Source of the DNA: Desulfomonilia bacterium
GTDB lineage: Bacteria; Desulfobacterota; Desulfomonilia; UBA1062
Assembly (NCBI GenBank): GCA_963664325.2
Contig: CAXXDQ010000007.1
Coordinates: 224,001 to 288,000 of the forward strand
Direction of reading: 5' to 3'
DNA length: 64,000 nt
Shown here: piece after piece, positions 10,331-20,583 of the stretch
Layout: the number at the start of each line of letters is the position of its first letter
Numbering within the stretch: the stretch's first letter is position 1
The notes under the pieces: generated by a model
What the model saw: the letters and a program-made list of their open reading frames with translations, nothing else
Told to the model about the DNA's origin: nothing
The model's database searches: none
Translations under genes and position numbers: made by a program

Positions 10331-11674
10331 TCAGTGCCATTCATCAAGATTAACGAATTTTGTCATTTCGGGTATCCATTTCAGTTTAAATTCACTTGTA
10401 GGACCATTTCTGTGTTTTGCTATATTGATCTCAGCAATACCCTTATCCAGGGTCTCAGGATTGTAAACTTCATCCCGGTATATTAGTAATATAATATCTG
10501 CATCCTGTTCAATTGCCCCGGATTCTCTAAGTTCGGACATCATAGGTCTTTTGTCACCCCTTGCTTCGACATTTCTGTTAAGCTGGCTCAGTGCGATTAC
10601 AGGAATCTGAAACTCTTTGGCAATTGCTTTCATCGACCTTGATATCTCGGAGATTTCCTGTTCCCTGGAATCTGTTCTCCCTTTGATTTTCATAAGTTGC
10701 AGGTAATCGACTACCAAAAGCGCCAGGTCTTTTTCTTTTATTGCGAGCCTTCTCAGTTTTGCCCTTATTTCCATCGGAGATATTCCGGCAGTATCATCAA
10801 TATACATCGGGGCATCATAAATTTTTGCTGACGCCTTGGTGAGTTCAAGCCATTCTTCGCTTTTGAGATAGCGTGAATCTCTCAACCTGCCCTGAGGAAC
10901 ACCGGATATTGAAGACAGGATTCTCAAAAGCAGCTGATCTCTTCCCATCTCTAGCGAGAATATTGCAACTGGTCTGTTCTCATATACTGCGATGTGTTCG
11001 GCGATGTTCATTGCAAGGGATGTCTTACCCATTCCAGGCCGACCAGCTATTACTATAAGATCTGAAGAATGAATACCTCCCATTAGTCTTGTGTCAATAT
11101 CAGTAAATCCAGTTTTTGTACCGCCTTCCTCAATGCTGCCCTCTGAAATGAGCTTTATTCTGTCATAAAGGGTATTGACGAGTTCTTTTGCCTTGACTAA
11201 TCCGGATGTTTCATTCTTTATTTCCCTGTTTATATTAAAAATAATTTTTTCGGCCGATTCCACCGCATCTGAAACATCTCCAGCATTAGTCCTGGCAATT
11301 TTAACAATTTCATTTGCCCCGGCGATAAGCGATCTGATGATGGCCTTGTCTTTTATAATGCCTGCATAGTATCCGATGTCTGAAGTGGTCGGAACCCTGT
11401 CTGTAAGCTGGCCGATATAAGCTGCTCCTCCTGCGTTTTCAAGTTTTCCTTTCCTGTCAAGCGATTCCGCAAGAGTGATATAATCTATAGGGATGCCTTT
11501 ATCTCTTAGCAGAAGCATTTCTTCATAAAGCATCTTGTTTCTTTCTGAATAGAAATCTGCGTAAGAAAGGATATCAATAATTTCATCCAGGGCTGAGTTT
11601 TCAAGAAGAACAGCGCCAAGGATGAATTCTTCTGCATCCTTGTTATGAGGAAGAGTCGCAGTAGTATCTTCCAA
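10331..11674 (-). CDS. dnaB: Replicative DNA helicase DnaB
   Basis: AGRPGMGKT, FSLEM, DYLQL, LSQLNR, LRESGAIEQDAD, KHRNGPT; TTG start. Confidence 0.97.
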   Translation of the reverse strand: MEDTTATLPHNKDAEEFILGAVLLENSALDEIIDILSYADFYSERNKMLYEEMLLLRDKGIPIDYITLAESLDRKGKLENAGGAAYIGQLTDRVPTTSDIGYYAGIIKDKAIIRSLIAGANEIVKIARTNAGDVSDAVESAEKIIFNINREIKNETSGLVKAKELVNTLYDRIKLISEGSIEEGGTKTGFTDIDTRLMGGIHSSDLIVIAGRPGMGKTSLAMNIAEHIAVYENRPVAIFSLEMGRDQLLLRILSSISGVPQGRLRDSRYLKSEEWLELTKASAKIYDAPMYIDDTAGISPMEIRAKLRRLAIKEKDLALLVVDYLQLMKIKGRTDSREQEISEISRSMKAIAKEFQIPVIALSQLNRNVEARGDKRPMMSELRESGAIEQDADIILLIYRDEVYNPETLDKGIAEINIAKHRNGPTSEFKLKWIPEMTKFVNLDEWH

Positions 11675-11678
11675 GATA

Positions 11679-12125
11679 TCAACCCTCTGTCTTGACTTCC
11701 ACTTTAATTACTGCTGTTACTCCTGGATATAGTTTTATTGAAACATCGTGCGTTCCTGTGTGCTTTATAGGTTCGGTCAGATGGATTTTCTTCTTTTCAA
11801 TCTCAAAGCCTTTGTCTTTTAATGCACCTGAAATCTGTGCAGTAGTTAAGGAACCAAATAATTTTCCATCATCGCCTGATTTTACATTAAATCCCAGTGT
11901 AACGGCGGAGAGTTCTCCGGCAGCCCTTTGGGCATGATCTCTTGTTTTAGCTTCAGCCTTGATGCCGGCATCGATTTTGTCTTTAAATGTTTTTATAGCC
12001 CCCTTTGTTGCAGGCACTGCTTTGCCGCCCGGTATTAGATAATTCCTTGCATAACCATCCTTGACTTTAACTTCCTGGCCGACCGAACCCAGTTCCTCAA
12101 TTGTTTCTAACAATATTACCTTCAT
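11679..12125 (-). CDS. rplI: 50S ribosomal protein L9
   Basis: MKVILL..VKDGYARNYLIP and GKLFGS motifs. Confidence 0.97.
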   Translation of the reverse strand: MKVILLETIEELGSVGQEVKVKDGYARNYLIPGGKAVPATKGAIKTFKDKIDAGIKAEAKTRDHAQRAAGELSAVTLGFNVKSGDDGKLFGSLTTAQISGALKDKGFEIEKKKIHLTEPIKHTGTHDVSIKLYPGVTAVIKVEVKTEG

Positions 12126-13039
12126 GTATGATCTCCTTTAATTTTTATGCGTTTTCTGAAATAAAACCAGTTGTCAAACAACCCCAAGAGTATTGCCATG
12201 ATCATTATATACATCTGTGTTATTATCAATAGATAAAAAAACATCCTCCATCCGGTCCATATTTTCATAGCGTCAAACATAAAAACCACAACTGAAAGCC
12301 CTTGGAAGAAATAGGCAATAGAAACGACTAAAAGCAAATTCAATCCTATCATGTGTATCTCTTTATTAGGCACAAGAGAACTTACAGAAGCAGCGATAAA
12401 TATTATTATTACCCAGTCGGGACAGCCCCACTGACTGAGATTCGTTTTCAAGGCCAGTTTTGAAGCAATGACAAGATTGAACCACATAACCATAGCAGTT
12501 CCAATGACAGTTAATGAGGGGAACAGCTTTACTATCCCTGCTTCAATAGAAGGTCTGCTGATACTGAAAGAGCTCAGATCACTTGGGTTTAATACTGTCG
12601 AATATTGTTTTAAAAAATTGTCCATAGTTGTTTTTACCCAAAGTGTGACTGTTTGATTGATTGTTGCCCCGCTTTTGTAGCTATATACTGCGATTATCGC
12701 GACAAATATTAACGAAGATACAATTGTCGGAATAAACACCGACATTCCTGGCAGATTCCTTTTGAGCATTTTCCACATCAGTAAACCACATGTAATAATA
12801 ATGAGGTAACTGAATGCCCCTTCAATGAATGCCGGAATCAGGCCTAGAGATACCGGGAAGAAAGCAACCACATATCTTAATATTCCACGAGTTCTGCTGG
12901 CAAATATACAATAAAGTGCAGGTAAAAAAAGCATTATGGTCATTACATATTCAGGTATGCAAACCAGGGCTGTTCCTGCAACAAGCAACACCCCGGCAGA
13001 AAGCCAGGGTGCTATATTTCCGGTCAATGCCGGCGGCAT
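12122..13039 (-). CDS. DUF2232/YybS family membrane protein
   Basis: Multi-TM protein with YFFQGL..GLFDNW motifs, in its usual position between rpsR and rplI. Confidence 0.8.
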   Translation of the reverse strand: MPPALTGNIAPWLSAGVLLVAGTALVCIPEYVMTIMLFLPALYCIFASRTRGILRYVVAFFPVSLGLIPAFIEGAFSYLIIITCGLLMWKMLKRNLPGMSVFIPTIVSSLIFVAIIAVYSYKSGATINQTVTLWVKTTMDNFLKQYSTVLNPSDLSSFSISRPSIEAGIVKLFPSLTVIGTAMVMWFNLVIASKLALKTNLSQWGCPDWVIIIFIAASVSSLVPNKEIHMIGLNLLLVVSIAYFFQGLSVVVFMFDAMKIWTGWRMFFYLLIITQMYIMIMAILLGLFDNWFYFRKRIKIKGDHT

Positions 13040-13042
13040 ATC

Positions 13043-13309
13043 CTAACTGTGAACTGTAAACGGCAGAAGGGCTATCATGCGAGCTCTTTTTATTTCAATA
13101 GCGAGCTCTCTCTGATGACGAGAACATGTCCCGGTGATTCTTCTTGGAAGGATCTTCCCCCTGTCCGTAATGTAATCTTTAAGAACCTGGAAATCCTTAT
13201 AGTCTATTTTCAGTTTTTTATCTTCACAGAACCTGCAGCTCTTTTTCTTGAAAAATGTCCTGGATTTGTTTGGGGATGCTGATTGTTTAGGTTTTCTTGG
13301 CCTTTCCAT
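13043..13309 (-). CDS. rpsR: 30S ribosomal protein S18
   Basis: [30 protein letters not shown]. Confidence 0.97.
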   Translation of the reverse strand: MERPRKPKQSASPNKSRTFFKKKSCRFCEDKKLKIDYKDFQVLKDYITDRGKILPRRITGTCSRHQRELAIEIKRARMIALLPFTVHS

Positions 13310-13311
13310 AT

Positions 13312-13740
13312 CTATACCTCCTCTATCGTATTGGAGGCTGCGGATTCGGTATTGTCCTCCACCTTATCATTTTCTTCAACTGTTTCACGGATTTCTTCTG
13401 CATCCCCGGTTGGAGCCGGCATAACCACGGCTTTTTCAAGATCTTCCCTCTTAACATGCTCGTCCAACTTGATGATCATGAAACGCAATACGTTTTCATC
13501 GATCCTCAATGTACGCTCAATTTCGGAAAGCATTTGTCCGGGACCTTCCAGATAACTGAGGAAATAATGACCTTTTGACTTTTTTTCAATTTTGTAGGCC
13601 ATGGTTTTTATGCCCATGTCCTCAATCCTGATTACCTCGCCATCGTTCTTTTTGACATTGTTTGTGAACCGCGTAATGACCTTTTCGATTGCATCTTCTC
13701 TAAGTTCTGGGTTGATGATTTTCATGAGTTCGTAAAACAT
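13312..13740 (-). CDS. rpsF: 30S ribosomal protein S6
   Basis: YELM.II.P, MAYKI.K...[11 protein letters not shown] and an acidic tail. Confidence 0.95.
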   Translation of the reverse strand: MFYELMKIINPELREDAIEKVITRFTNNVKKNDGEVIRIEDMGIKTMAYKIEKKSKGHYFLSYLEGPGQMLSEIERTLRIDENVLRFMIIKLDEHVKREDLEKAVVMPAPTGDAEEIRETVEENDKVEDNTESAASNTIEEV

Positions 13741-13745
13741 CTAAT

Positions 13746-13786
13746 CCTCCTTATGGATTTTTTAGCCCCGTCGGGAGCAAGGAGCG
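13746..13786 (-). promoter_or_regulatory. S6:S18 ribosomal protein leader RNA
   Basis: Minus strand reads CTCCTT-GCTCCCGACGGGGC-TAAAAAATCCAT-AAGGAGG: anti-SD/SD stem, inner hairpin and a CCR motif, matching the known S6:S18 autoregulatory leader. Confidence 0.75.
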
Positions 13787-13888
13787 CGTTTCTAATATAA
13801 CAAACACTTTTCATATTCAAGAGTGTTTTTCTAATTATTTGATGTCTGATAAAAGATATGTCATAACTGGATCGGGGAAGATGCTGTA

Positions 13889-14791
13889 TTATGTGGTGTG
13901 AATACCACGTTCGATAAATATTCGTTCATATGCCTTGAGCTGTTCGGGCTTCATGAATTTCTTCATTTTTTCCGGGATAAGGCGTGCTCCTCCAAATTTC
14001 TCCAGTTTGTACGGCCACAACGGATTATATGCAAGCAGCCTGACCCTGTCAAAGCCGCATGAGATAAGAAAATCAGCGACTGCATTAAGGTTAGAGTCAG
14101 TATCGGTAATACCTGGTACAAGAGGTACCCTTGGAAGTATTTCCTTGTCTTTCATATTGGAGAGTACCCTGAAGTTTTCAAGGATATTCTCGTTACTTAC
14201 TCCACAATATCTTTTATGTTCATTGTCGTCTAAAAGTTTGATGTCAAAATATATTTCATCAAGTTTAGGATATATTTTTTCAAGAAATGAGACCATATCA
14301 AAAAAGCCGCAGGTTTCAAGCAAGGTGTGTATCTTGTGCCTTTTCAATTCTGTCAGAAGCTCAGAACAGAAATCCATGAACATGGTCGGTTCTCCACCTG
14401 AAAGAGTAACACCGCCGCCGGATGTATCAAAAAAAGGTTTGTCATTTACAACACACGCCACAATATTTTCAATACTCATGCTTTTTCCTACAATACCGAG
14501 TGCGCCTGTAGGGCAGATGCTTGTGCAGGTAAAACACTCCAGACACCTTGAACGATCAACTCTATGTTTGTCATCATAGGTTATTGCATCTTGGCTGCAA
14601 ATCACTGCACAGGCAAGGCATTTAATGCATTCCTTGCTGTCGAATGAATGTTCGAACCATGGTTTCATGCCTTCCGGATTATGGCACCAGACACATGACA
14701 GGGGACAGCCTTTCATGAAAATGACGGTCCTTATTCCTGGACCGTCATCAAGGGAATTGCCCTTTATTTCGAATATCAGCGGTTTCTTCAT
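13889..14791 (-). CDS. Glycyl-radical enzyme activating enzyme (radical SAM with ferredoxin insert)
   Basis: DGPGIRT, GCPLSCVWCHNPE (CxxxCxxC), two extra CxxCxxCxxxC clusters, GGVTLSGGEP. Confidence 0.95.
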   Translation of the reverse strand: MKKPLIFEIKGNSLDDGPGIRTVIFMKGCPLSCVWCHNPEGMKPWFEHSFDSKECIKCLACAVICSQDAITYDDKHRVDRSRCLECFTCTSICPTGALGIVGKSMSIENIVACVVNDKPFFDTSGGGVTLSGGEPTMFMDFCSELLTELKRHKIHTLLETCGFFDMVSFLEKIYPKLDEIYFDIKLLDDNEHKRYCGVSNENILENFRVLSNMKDKEILPRVPLVPGITDTDSNLNAVADFLISCGFDRVRLLAYNPLWPYKLEKFGGARLIPEKMKKFMKPEQLKAYERIFIERGIHTT

Positions 14792-17748
14792 ATACCGTAT
14801 TCGGCCCTTTCAATAAGTTCAATCTGCATGTCATGGTTGAGCGTTGTGAAATATGCATTGTATCCGGAGATCCTGACAAGCAAATGCTGGTAGTTTTCAG
14901 GATTAAGCATGGCATCCCTCAGTGTATCGGTCGAAACGACATTGAACTGCATCTGCATTCCGCCAAGGTCGCTGTAGGTCTTGATATAGGAATAAATGTG
15001 CTCGACAGAGTCTTCATGTGAATCTGCTGCTGAAGGAACGACTTTGACATTGAATGCAATGTTATTATTCATGTTGAGAGGGTCAAGCCCGGAAACATCT
15101 CGGATATTATCAAGCAGGTTCTTCGATGCATGGGCTTCGGGGGTAAGTCCCGGCGTAAAGGCCTTTCCTGAAAGCCTGCCTGACGGGAGCGCCCCTGTCA
15201 GGCTGCCGAAGGCTACATGATTCGACATTGACCAAAATCCCGCCGTATAAGGCCCTCCCCTGAAATTCCTATGGGCACCATAGCAGTCATGAGCAAATTT
15301 TGTTATCCTGTTCGCTATTCCGAGGGCTTCTGACGAGCCTGAGCCGAAAAGCGGCACCTTTTTTCTGGCCATTGCATGAAGAGCCGGATCATTTATGAAA
15401 TTATTCCTTACGGCTTCCTTCATTTTTGTAAAACTTACTTTCTTTTCTTCAAACACAAGTTTTTTTATTACCATCATTGAATCAGTAATGTCAGCAAGGC
15501 CTATACATGCCGCACCGGAAGAGTTATGCTTTGCTCCGCCCTTTGTCATATCAATACCGCTCTTTATGCCATTATCGATAAGGGATGAAATAAAAGGCGT
15601 AGGCCTTATTATGCTGTGAGCCTCACCGAGTATGTTGTTGTATTCAATCGAATTATCAATCAGGAACCTGAACTGATCGGTAAAGGCCTTATAGAAACTT
15701 TCAAAGGAGTCGAAGTCCTCACCAGTTTTAGGTCCGACCGATAGATTCATCAGAGGATGCCGGCCGTTATTAAGCGCCATCTCAAGTGCAGCGACCATAT
15801 TCATCATCATGCAGTTCGTGTGGCCTATATGCTTTCCTGAAAGGGTCGGCTCCACGCAACCTGTTGCCGACCAGTCCCTGAGATCTTCCAAGGGGTAGGA
15901 AAATTCCTCGAGTGATTTCATCACTGCCGTATCGCTGTGGATCGAAGGCGTTGCCGTTGTGATAAGATTTACTTCGGAGAGGCGCCTGAGATAGGTATCA
16001 CTGTTTTTTTCCTTGTTATAGCGGGCGTTGACATTAGGATCTCTTATCCCAAGCATCTCGGTAACCTTGAGGAAAATGTACGTCATGTCATTAACGGCAT
16101 CATCGCCTTCGGGGGTGACACCTCCGAGGGTGATGGCCTGATCGGATGAACTGCCTCCAAAAAGATAATTCCCAATGTCAGGTATTAGCGGGAGATGGTC
16201 TGTGCACCTCATATAGAAACAGCCGACAAGCTCCAGGGCTTTTTTTATGTAGGCCTTCTGTTCATCTATTGTTTTAAGTTTGTCAATGTCAGAGGTAAAG
16301 AAAGGCTGCAGCCACTGATCGAGCCTTCCGAAAGAAAAACCTGCATTCGTGTTTTCCATATGAACACCAACCCATCCGATCCACAAACAATTCACAGCCT
16401 CATCAAGCGTTTCACAGGGATTTTCAGGTACTTTGGAACAGATTTCTGAAATTCTTAATAGCTCTTTCTTCCTTGCCGGATCATTTACATTTTCTGCATC
16501 TGCCGCTGCCTGAAGTGAAAGATTTCTGGCATAGGATGCAAGGCCTTCGAGACAGAGTATCATGGCGTTTAATGTTGCAATTTTTGTTTTTTCTGTTGGA
16601 TCGACATGCAAAAGCTCTTTTTCAATCTCACTTATAATCCCTTTTGTTCCAAGCCTGAAAAGCTTCGGGAAGTCACAGATCGTGTGTGAGAGTGCAACAG
16701 TCTTCCACAGGAAATAGACCGCAAAGCGCTCGTCGAGCTGCTGGCAAAGCGGGTTGTTATATTTTGACCTTACCCATTCCCTGACATTTTTCCTGGCCCA
16801 ATAGGGGAAGACATCATGGTGAAGCATATTTATCGTTTCAACAGACACGTCATACGGGTTCAAGGGCCTGTAAGGCGCTGTCAGCAGTTCACCCCAGATA
16901 AGAGTCCCGCTTGTGTCAGGGTAAATTACTACGCCGATCGGTTTGGTGGTTGTTGTACCTGCTATCAGGTCGTTCTCGGCAATAATGGGTTTCCTGTTTT
17001 CCATCAGATACTTGAATGCATAACCTTGTCTGAGTTCGGCTTCCCAGGCCGTTCCGTCAGGTTTGAATTCAAACCCGTTATTCCTGAAAAATTCGGTCAG
17101 CAGCACGGGTCTTTCAGCACAGATTTCAGGCCTGTGCGAGAAATGTCTGTCAAGTGATGTGCTGAGCCTGGGAAAGTCTTCCAGCGAGTAATGGCTGAGA
17201 TAAGGATCTTCAAGGTGCTTTACACCAGGGTCAATCGACAGGGTTTTCAGTCTGGTCCTTTTTTTCTCAATCGCAACAGGTTTGCAAGTCTTTTGCTTTG
17301 CTTCAGCCTTTTTCACTTTTTCAATCTCCTGAGACCTGAGCATTGTGCTGATCTGCTTGTTTTTCATCAGGACCGATATAAGGAAGTTAAAGACCTGCAG
17401 ATAGCACATATTGCCCTGAGTAATCATGCGGTTTTTAAGTAGCAGGTTAAGAACTTCGTTAGGCGGCAGGTTTATCATCTGCCTGAGCGTTTCTTCATCA
17501 GTAAATACAAGGCTGCAGTCGGCATCATACGGAATACCGTCGTGGACTTTGGCTTTACCGTTTTTAAATGAAATAGACTTGTTTACCGAATTGTTTACTG
17601 TTCTGATTCCAACCGTAAAATCAATCCATCCGTCAACTGAACGCAGGTATTTCCTGATTCCCGGCCTGAGGTTGACATTTGCGGCCATAAGCTTGAGGAG
17701 TATTCCGGCCAGTACGTTTGTCGGCGACTTGAAAATTTCTTTCACCAT
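14788..17748 (-). CDS. Glycyl radical enzyme (PFL2/eliminase-like) with N-terminal SCP2-like extension
   Basis: GCVEP thiyl loop (Cys codon 15856-15858) and C-terminal LLVRISGY glycyl loop, with ~150 extra N-terminal residues. Start taken at ATG 17748. Confidence 0.92.
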   Translation of the reverse strand: MVKEIFKSPTNVLAGILLKLMAANVNLRPGIRKYLRSVDGWIDFTVGIRTVNNSVNKSISFKNGKAKVHDGIPYDADCSLVFTDEETLRQMINLPPNEVLNLLLKNRMITQGNMCYLQVFNFLISVLMKNKQISTMLRSQEIEKVKKAEAKQKTCKPVAIEKKRTRLKTLSIDPGVKHLEDPYLSHYSLEDFPRLSTSLDRHFSHRPEICAERPVLLTEFFRNNGFEFKPDGTAWEAELRQGYAFKYLMENRKPIIAENDLIAGTTTTKPIGVVIYPDTSGTLIWGELLTAPYRPLNPYDVSVETINMLHHDVFPYWARKNVREWVRSKYNNPLCQQLDERFAVYFLWKTVALSHTICDFPKLFRLGTKGIISEIEKELLHVDPTEKTKIATLNAMILCLEGLASYARNLSLQAAADAENVNDPARKKELLRISEICSKVPENPCETLDEAVNCLWIGWVGVHMENTNAGFSFGRLDQWLQPFFTSDIDKLKTIDEQKAYIKKALELVGCFYMRCTDHLPLIPDIGNYLFGGSSSDQAITLGGVTPEGDDAVNDMTYIFLKVTEMLGIRDPNVNARYNKEKNSDTYLRRLSEVNLITTATPSIHSDTAVMKSLEEFSYPLEDLRDWSATGCVEPTLSGKHIGHTNCMMMNMVAALEMALNNGRHPLMNLSVGPKTGEDFDSFESFYKAFTDQFRFLIDNSIEYNNILGEAHSIIRPTPFISSLIDNGIKSGIDMTKGGAKHNSSGAACIGLADITDSMMVIKKLVFEEKKVSFTKMKEAVRNNFINDPALHAMARKKVPLFGSGSSEALGIANRITKFAHDCYGAHRNFRGGPYTAGFWSMSNHVAFGSLTGALPSGRLSGKAFTPGLTPEAHASKNLLDNIRDVSGLDPLNMNNNIAFNVKVVPSAADSHEDSVEHIYSYIKTYSDLGGMQMQFNVVSTDTLRDAMLNPENYQHLLVRISGYNAYFTTLNHDMQIELIERAEYGI

Positions 17749-17901
17749 ACCTACCCCCTGCACATGATTGTTATACGGTGATAAATGATGCACAATTATC
17801 CGATATTAATTAATATGTGTCCAGATATTTGGATTACGGCATGAAAACAAGGTTAGGTTATAAATTTACGCTTGAAGAAAATTGGAATGAGCACCGTAAT
17901 G

Positions 17902-18528
17902 CTACTGCCTGTATGAAAGTATGATGTCCTCGATAATCCTTTCAGCCATCATTTCAATTTCCGGCTCGACCTTTTTTAGTCCATGGCCGTTGCAAAGGTT
18001 AACAACACCATTGAGCAGCATCCATATCTTAATCACATTATACATTATATCATCTTCTTCCAGATAAGGGACTGCATCCTTCATGGCCGAAAAGGCAACT
18101 TCAATGACCTTCATGGCGATCTGCCTTTCCTCCTGAACAGCTTTCTCCATATCAGTGCCTGCATAGTCGATATATCTGGACAAATTCCGGCTGAACATTA
18201 TTTCATAGTAATCCGGATTCTTTATCCCGAAGTCTATGAATATTCTGATGATAGCTTCAAGCCTTTGAAGAGGGTCATTATTATTCCTGAATATCTTATT
18301 GATTATCATATAAAGTTTTTCAAAGCCCCGGGCCTGAATAAGAAGATATATTTCATCCTTATTATTGTAGTAGTTATAGATATTGGCAGCTGTCATACCA
18401 AGCCGTGATGCAAGCTTTCTCATGCTCAGATTTGAGAACCCGTCATTCACGATTATATTGAGAGCAGCCCTTAATATCCTGTCTTTGACGCTTAATATTT
18501 CTTCTGCTTTTCTTGCTGTTTTAGCCAT
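17902..18528 (-). CDS. TetR/AcrR family transcriptional regulator
   Basis: N-terminal HTH: GFSNLSMRKLA..GMTAANIYNYYNNKDEI. Confidence 0.93.
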   Translation of the reverse strand: MAKTARKAEEILSVKDRILRAALNIIVNDGFSNLSMRKLASRLGMTAANIYNYYNNKDEIYLLIQARGFEKLYMIINKIFRNNNDPLQRLEAIIRIFIDFGIKNPDYYEIMFSRNLSRYIDYAGTDMEKAVQEERQIAMKVIEVAFSAMKDAVPYLEEDDIMYNVIKIWMLLNGVVNLCNGHGLKKVEPEIEMMAERIIEDIILSYRQ

Positions 18529-18549
18529 GACGCACCTTCACATGAAAAA

Positions 18550-20550
18550 TTATTTTAAAATTGCTCCAATCGCGAGATAACCTCCGTTCGCCTTAAGCCC
18601 TATAAGTCCCATCTCAAAGACCGGCAAGTCATTACAAATTGCGGCTATCAATTTGTTGTTATCTTTATTCAGTTCTGTCAGAAGCTCTTTGGCCCTGGCA
18701 TCATCAATTACCAGCGGTGTTTTCTCAAGCCAGGGTTTCATGAGTTCAAGTATCTGGGGCATCAGATTTTTAACAGCTCTTTCGATATCAATGGCTTTTT
18801 CAAGACCAAGCCTGTCTGCAAGATAGTAAATATTGAATTCATTGAGCTTCAGATTGAGTCTGAGATAAGGATTGCCACCCTGAAAAAATACTTGTGTTTC
18901 TACTTCCGTAACAAGATCAATGGCGACTTCAAGCTGCTGGCTAGCATTCATGTAAAGGCCTGTTTTCAGGTTTGGCACATAGAGTTTTATTATCCCGTCT
19001 CTGAAATCAAGGAAAGGCGGTCCGCCAAACACAATATCCGCTTTCATGTCGGCTGGAAGTCCGAGGTCGGGCAGAAGCTTTCCGACCTCAAGGCTCAGAC
19101 CGAACCCGGCCTCGTTCAATGCCGCGAGCATGCCGTTTATCGAATCGGCTGATACTGCCAAAGCCATATTATCATCAATCTTTACTGTATCAAGAGCTTC
19201 AGACAGGGTTATTAATGGCGGAAGGCTTATCACACCATTATCCTTACCCGAATTTGATTTTTCTCCAAGACCTGCCATTAATCCGATATTATCTGTTGCT
19301 CCCGTGAATTTTTCCAGTTCCGCGCTAATCGATAAATCCCTTATGCCGAGAATCGAATCAATGAGCTCATTTTTCCCTTTTTCAGGCAGTATGCTTTCAT
19401 CAATAGTAATCGGAGGAATGTTGGTTATTATAAGACCAAGACCTTTCTTATTGACTAAAGTGTTTAGCGCATTGCTGACAATACCCGCAAGCCACCCCTT
19501 AACCGGGAGCTTCATGTAGTATGTATCGGGGCTCAACCCGAGGCCGTCGAGGAAATTTGTCAGTATGATCATGCTGGGGATGTCGGCTTCAAGTTCTTTA
19601 AGGTTGAGATCAAGCGATGAGATTTTCACGACTAATCCATTGATATCCTTTATCCCCATCTTGAGAGAAAGGTCTGCTGAAATGGCATATAGTTCAAGAA
19701 CAACCTTTGTATCTGCAAGACCACCTGGAAATTTAATGTCGCCAAGACTAATGAATTTAATATCAGCTGATATCTCGATCCCTTTGAGATTCATATCGGT
19801 AAAGAGTCTTGCCGTATCGGCATCTCCTGGTTCATTGGCATATAACTGGTTTATCGATACATCAAAACCTGTTTTGATGTTTATTCCCGTCAGCTTCAAA
19901 TCAGCGACAGCCTTGAATGGTTCGGTGATTTCCACCGTTATATAATGGTCCGTATCAAAGTCCTTTTTGCCGACAGATTCATTGAGGAGGTCAGCTATGA
20001 CAGATGTGAACTCAGTTGGCAGGGCAAGTGTGGAGTTGCCTAATATCACTCCCACCGCATTACTTGATTTTGTTCCGGATGCGACACTTGGCCCCCTTAA
20101 TAGTGAAGTTCTGTCGCGACCAGCATATCCCTTCGCATCAATGGCCGAAGCTTCAATTGCTACAAACGGGCTCGAATCAGAAGGCAGAGGTAGCTCGACT
20201 GAAAAGCTGTTGTCAGAAGAAATATGAGCATCCGAACCATTAACAAGAAGTGAAACAATCTTCTGATTACCATTACTGACGGTCCCTGTGACGACTATGC
20301 TCTGCTGGTCCAAACCTATTACCTTCCCGCTTGAGGGGTATGTTATTCTCACAACAGGTGGAACATATCCCTCTGGATAGTTGATGCTGCCTCCCGGCTC
20401 TTCTCCAGTTGGTCCGGCAGTGTATTCAGTCTGTGGTCTGTAATCCTCGGTACCGATTCCCCCCGAACCTGAACATCCCGAAAGCATGCCCAGCAATATA
20501 ATAAAAAGCACTGTATATATCTTTTTTAAAGTCTTTTCATTGTTCCCCAT
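18550..20550 (-). CDS. Large lipoprotein, Ig-like N-domain plus possible BPI/LBP (TULIP)-like lipid-binding region
   Basis: Lipobox LSGC, then a beta-rich PVVRITYP..VTGTV Ig-like segment. The C-terminal NMALAVSADSINGMLAALNEAG resembles the BPI C-domain; fold call is inference. Confidence 0.65.
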   Translation of the reverse strand: MGNNEKTLKKIYTVLFIILLGMLSGCSGSGGIGTEDYRPQTEYTAGPTGEEPGGSINYPEGYVPPVVRITYPSSGKVIGLDQQSIVVTGTVSNGNQKIVSLLVNGSDAHISSDNSFSVELPLPSDSSPFVAIEASAIDAKGYAGRDRTSLLRGPSVASGTKSSNAVGVILGNSTLALPTEFTSVIADLLNESVGKKDFDTDHYITVEITEPFKAVADLKLTGINIKTGFDVSINQLYANEPGDADTARLFTDMNLKGIEISADIKFISLGDIKFPGGLADTKVVLELYAISADLSLKMGIKDINGLVVKISSLDLNLKELEADIPSMIILTNFLDGLGLSPDTYYMKLPVKGWLAGIVSNALNTLVNKKGLGLIITNIPPITIDESILPEKGKNELIDSILGIRDLSISAELEKFTGATDNIGLMAGLGEKSNSGKDNGVISLPPLITLSEALDTVKIDDNMALAVSADSINGMLAALNEAGFGLSLEVGKLLPDLGLPADMKADIVFGGPPFLDFRDGIIKLYVPNLKTGLYMNASQQLEVAIDLVTEVETQVFFQGGNPYLRLNLKLNEFNIYYLADRLGLEKAIDIERAVKNLMPQILELMKPWLEKTPLVIDDARAKELLTELNKDNNKLIAAICNDLPVFEMGLIGLKANGGYLAIGAILK

Positions 20551-20583
20551 TTTGAAGCCTCCTCGACGTTTCCTTCACGAATT

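Noticed and set aside
13043-13740. No ssb/priB between rpsF and rpsR
   Set aside because: This is a common arrangement in deltaproteobacteria, not unusual.
14788-17748. Calling the GRE pyruvate formate-lyase or alkyl/benzylsuccinate synthase
   Set aside because: It has a single-Cys GCVE loop rather than Cys-Cys, and no small accessory subunit genes are adjacent.
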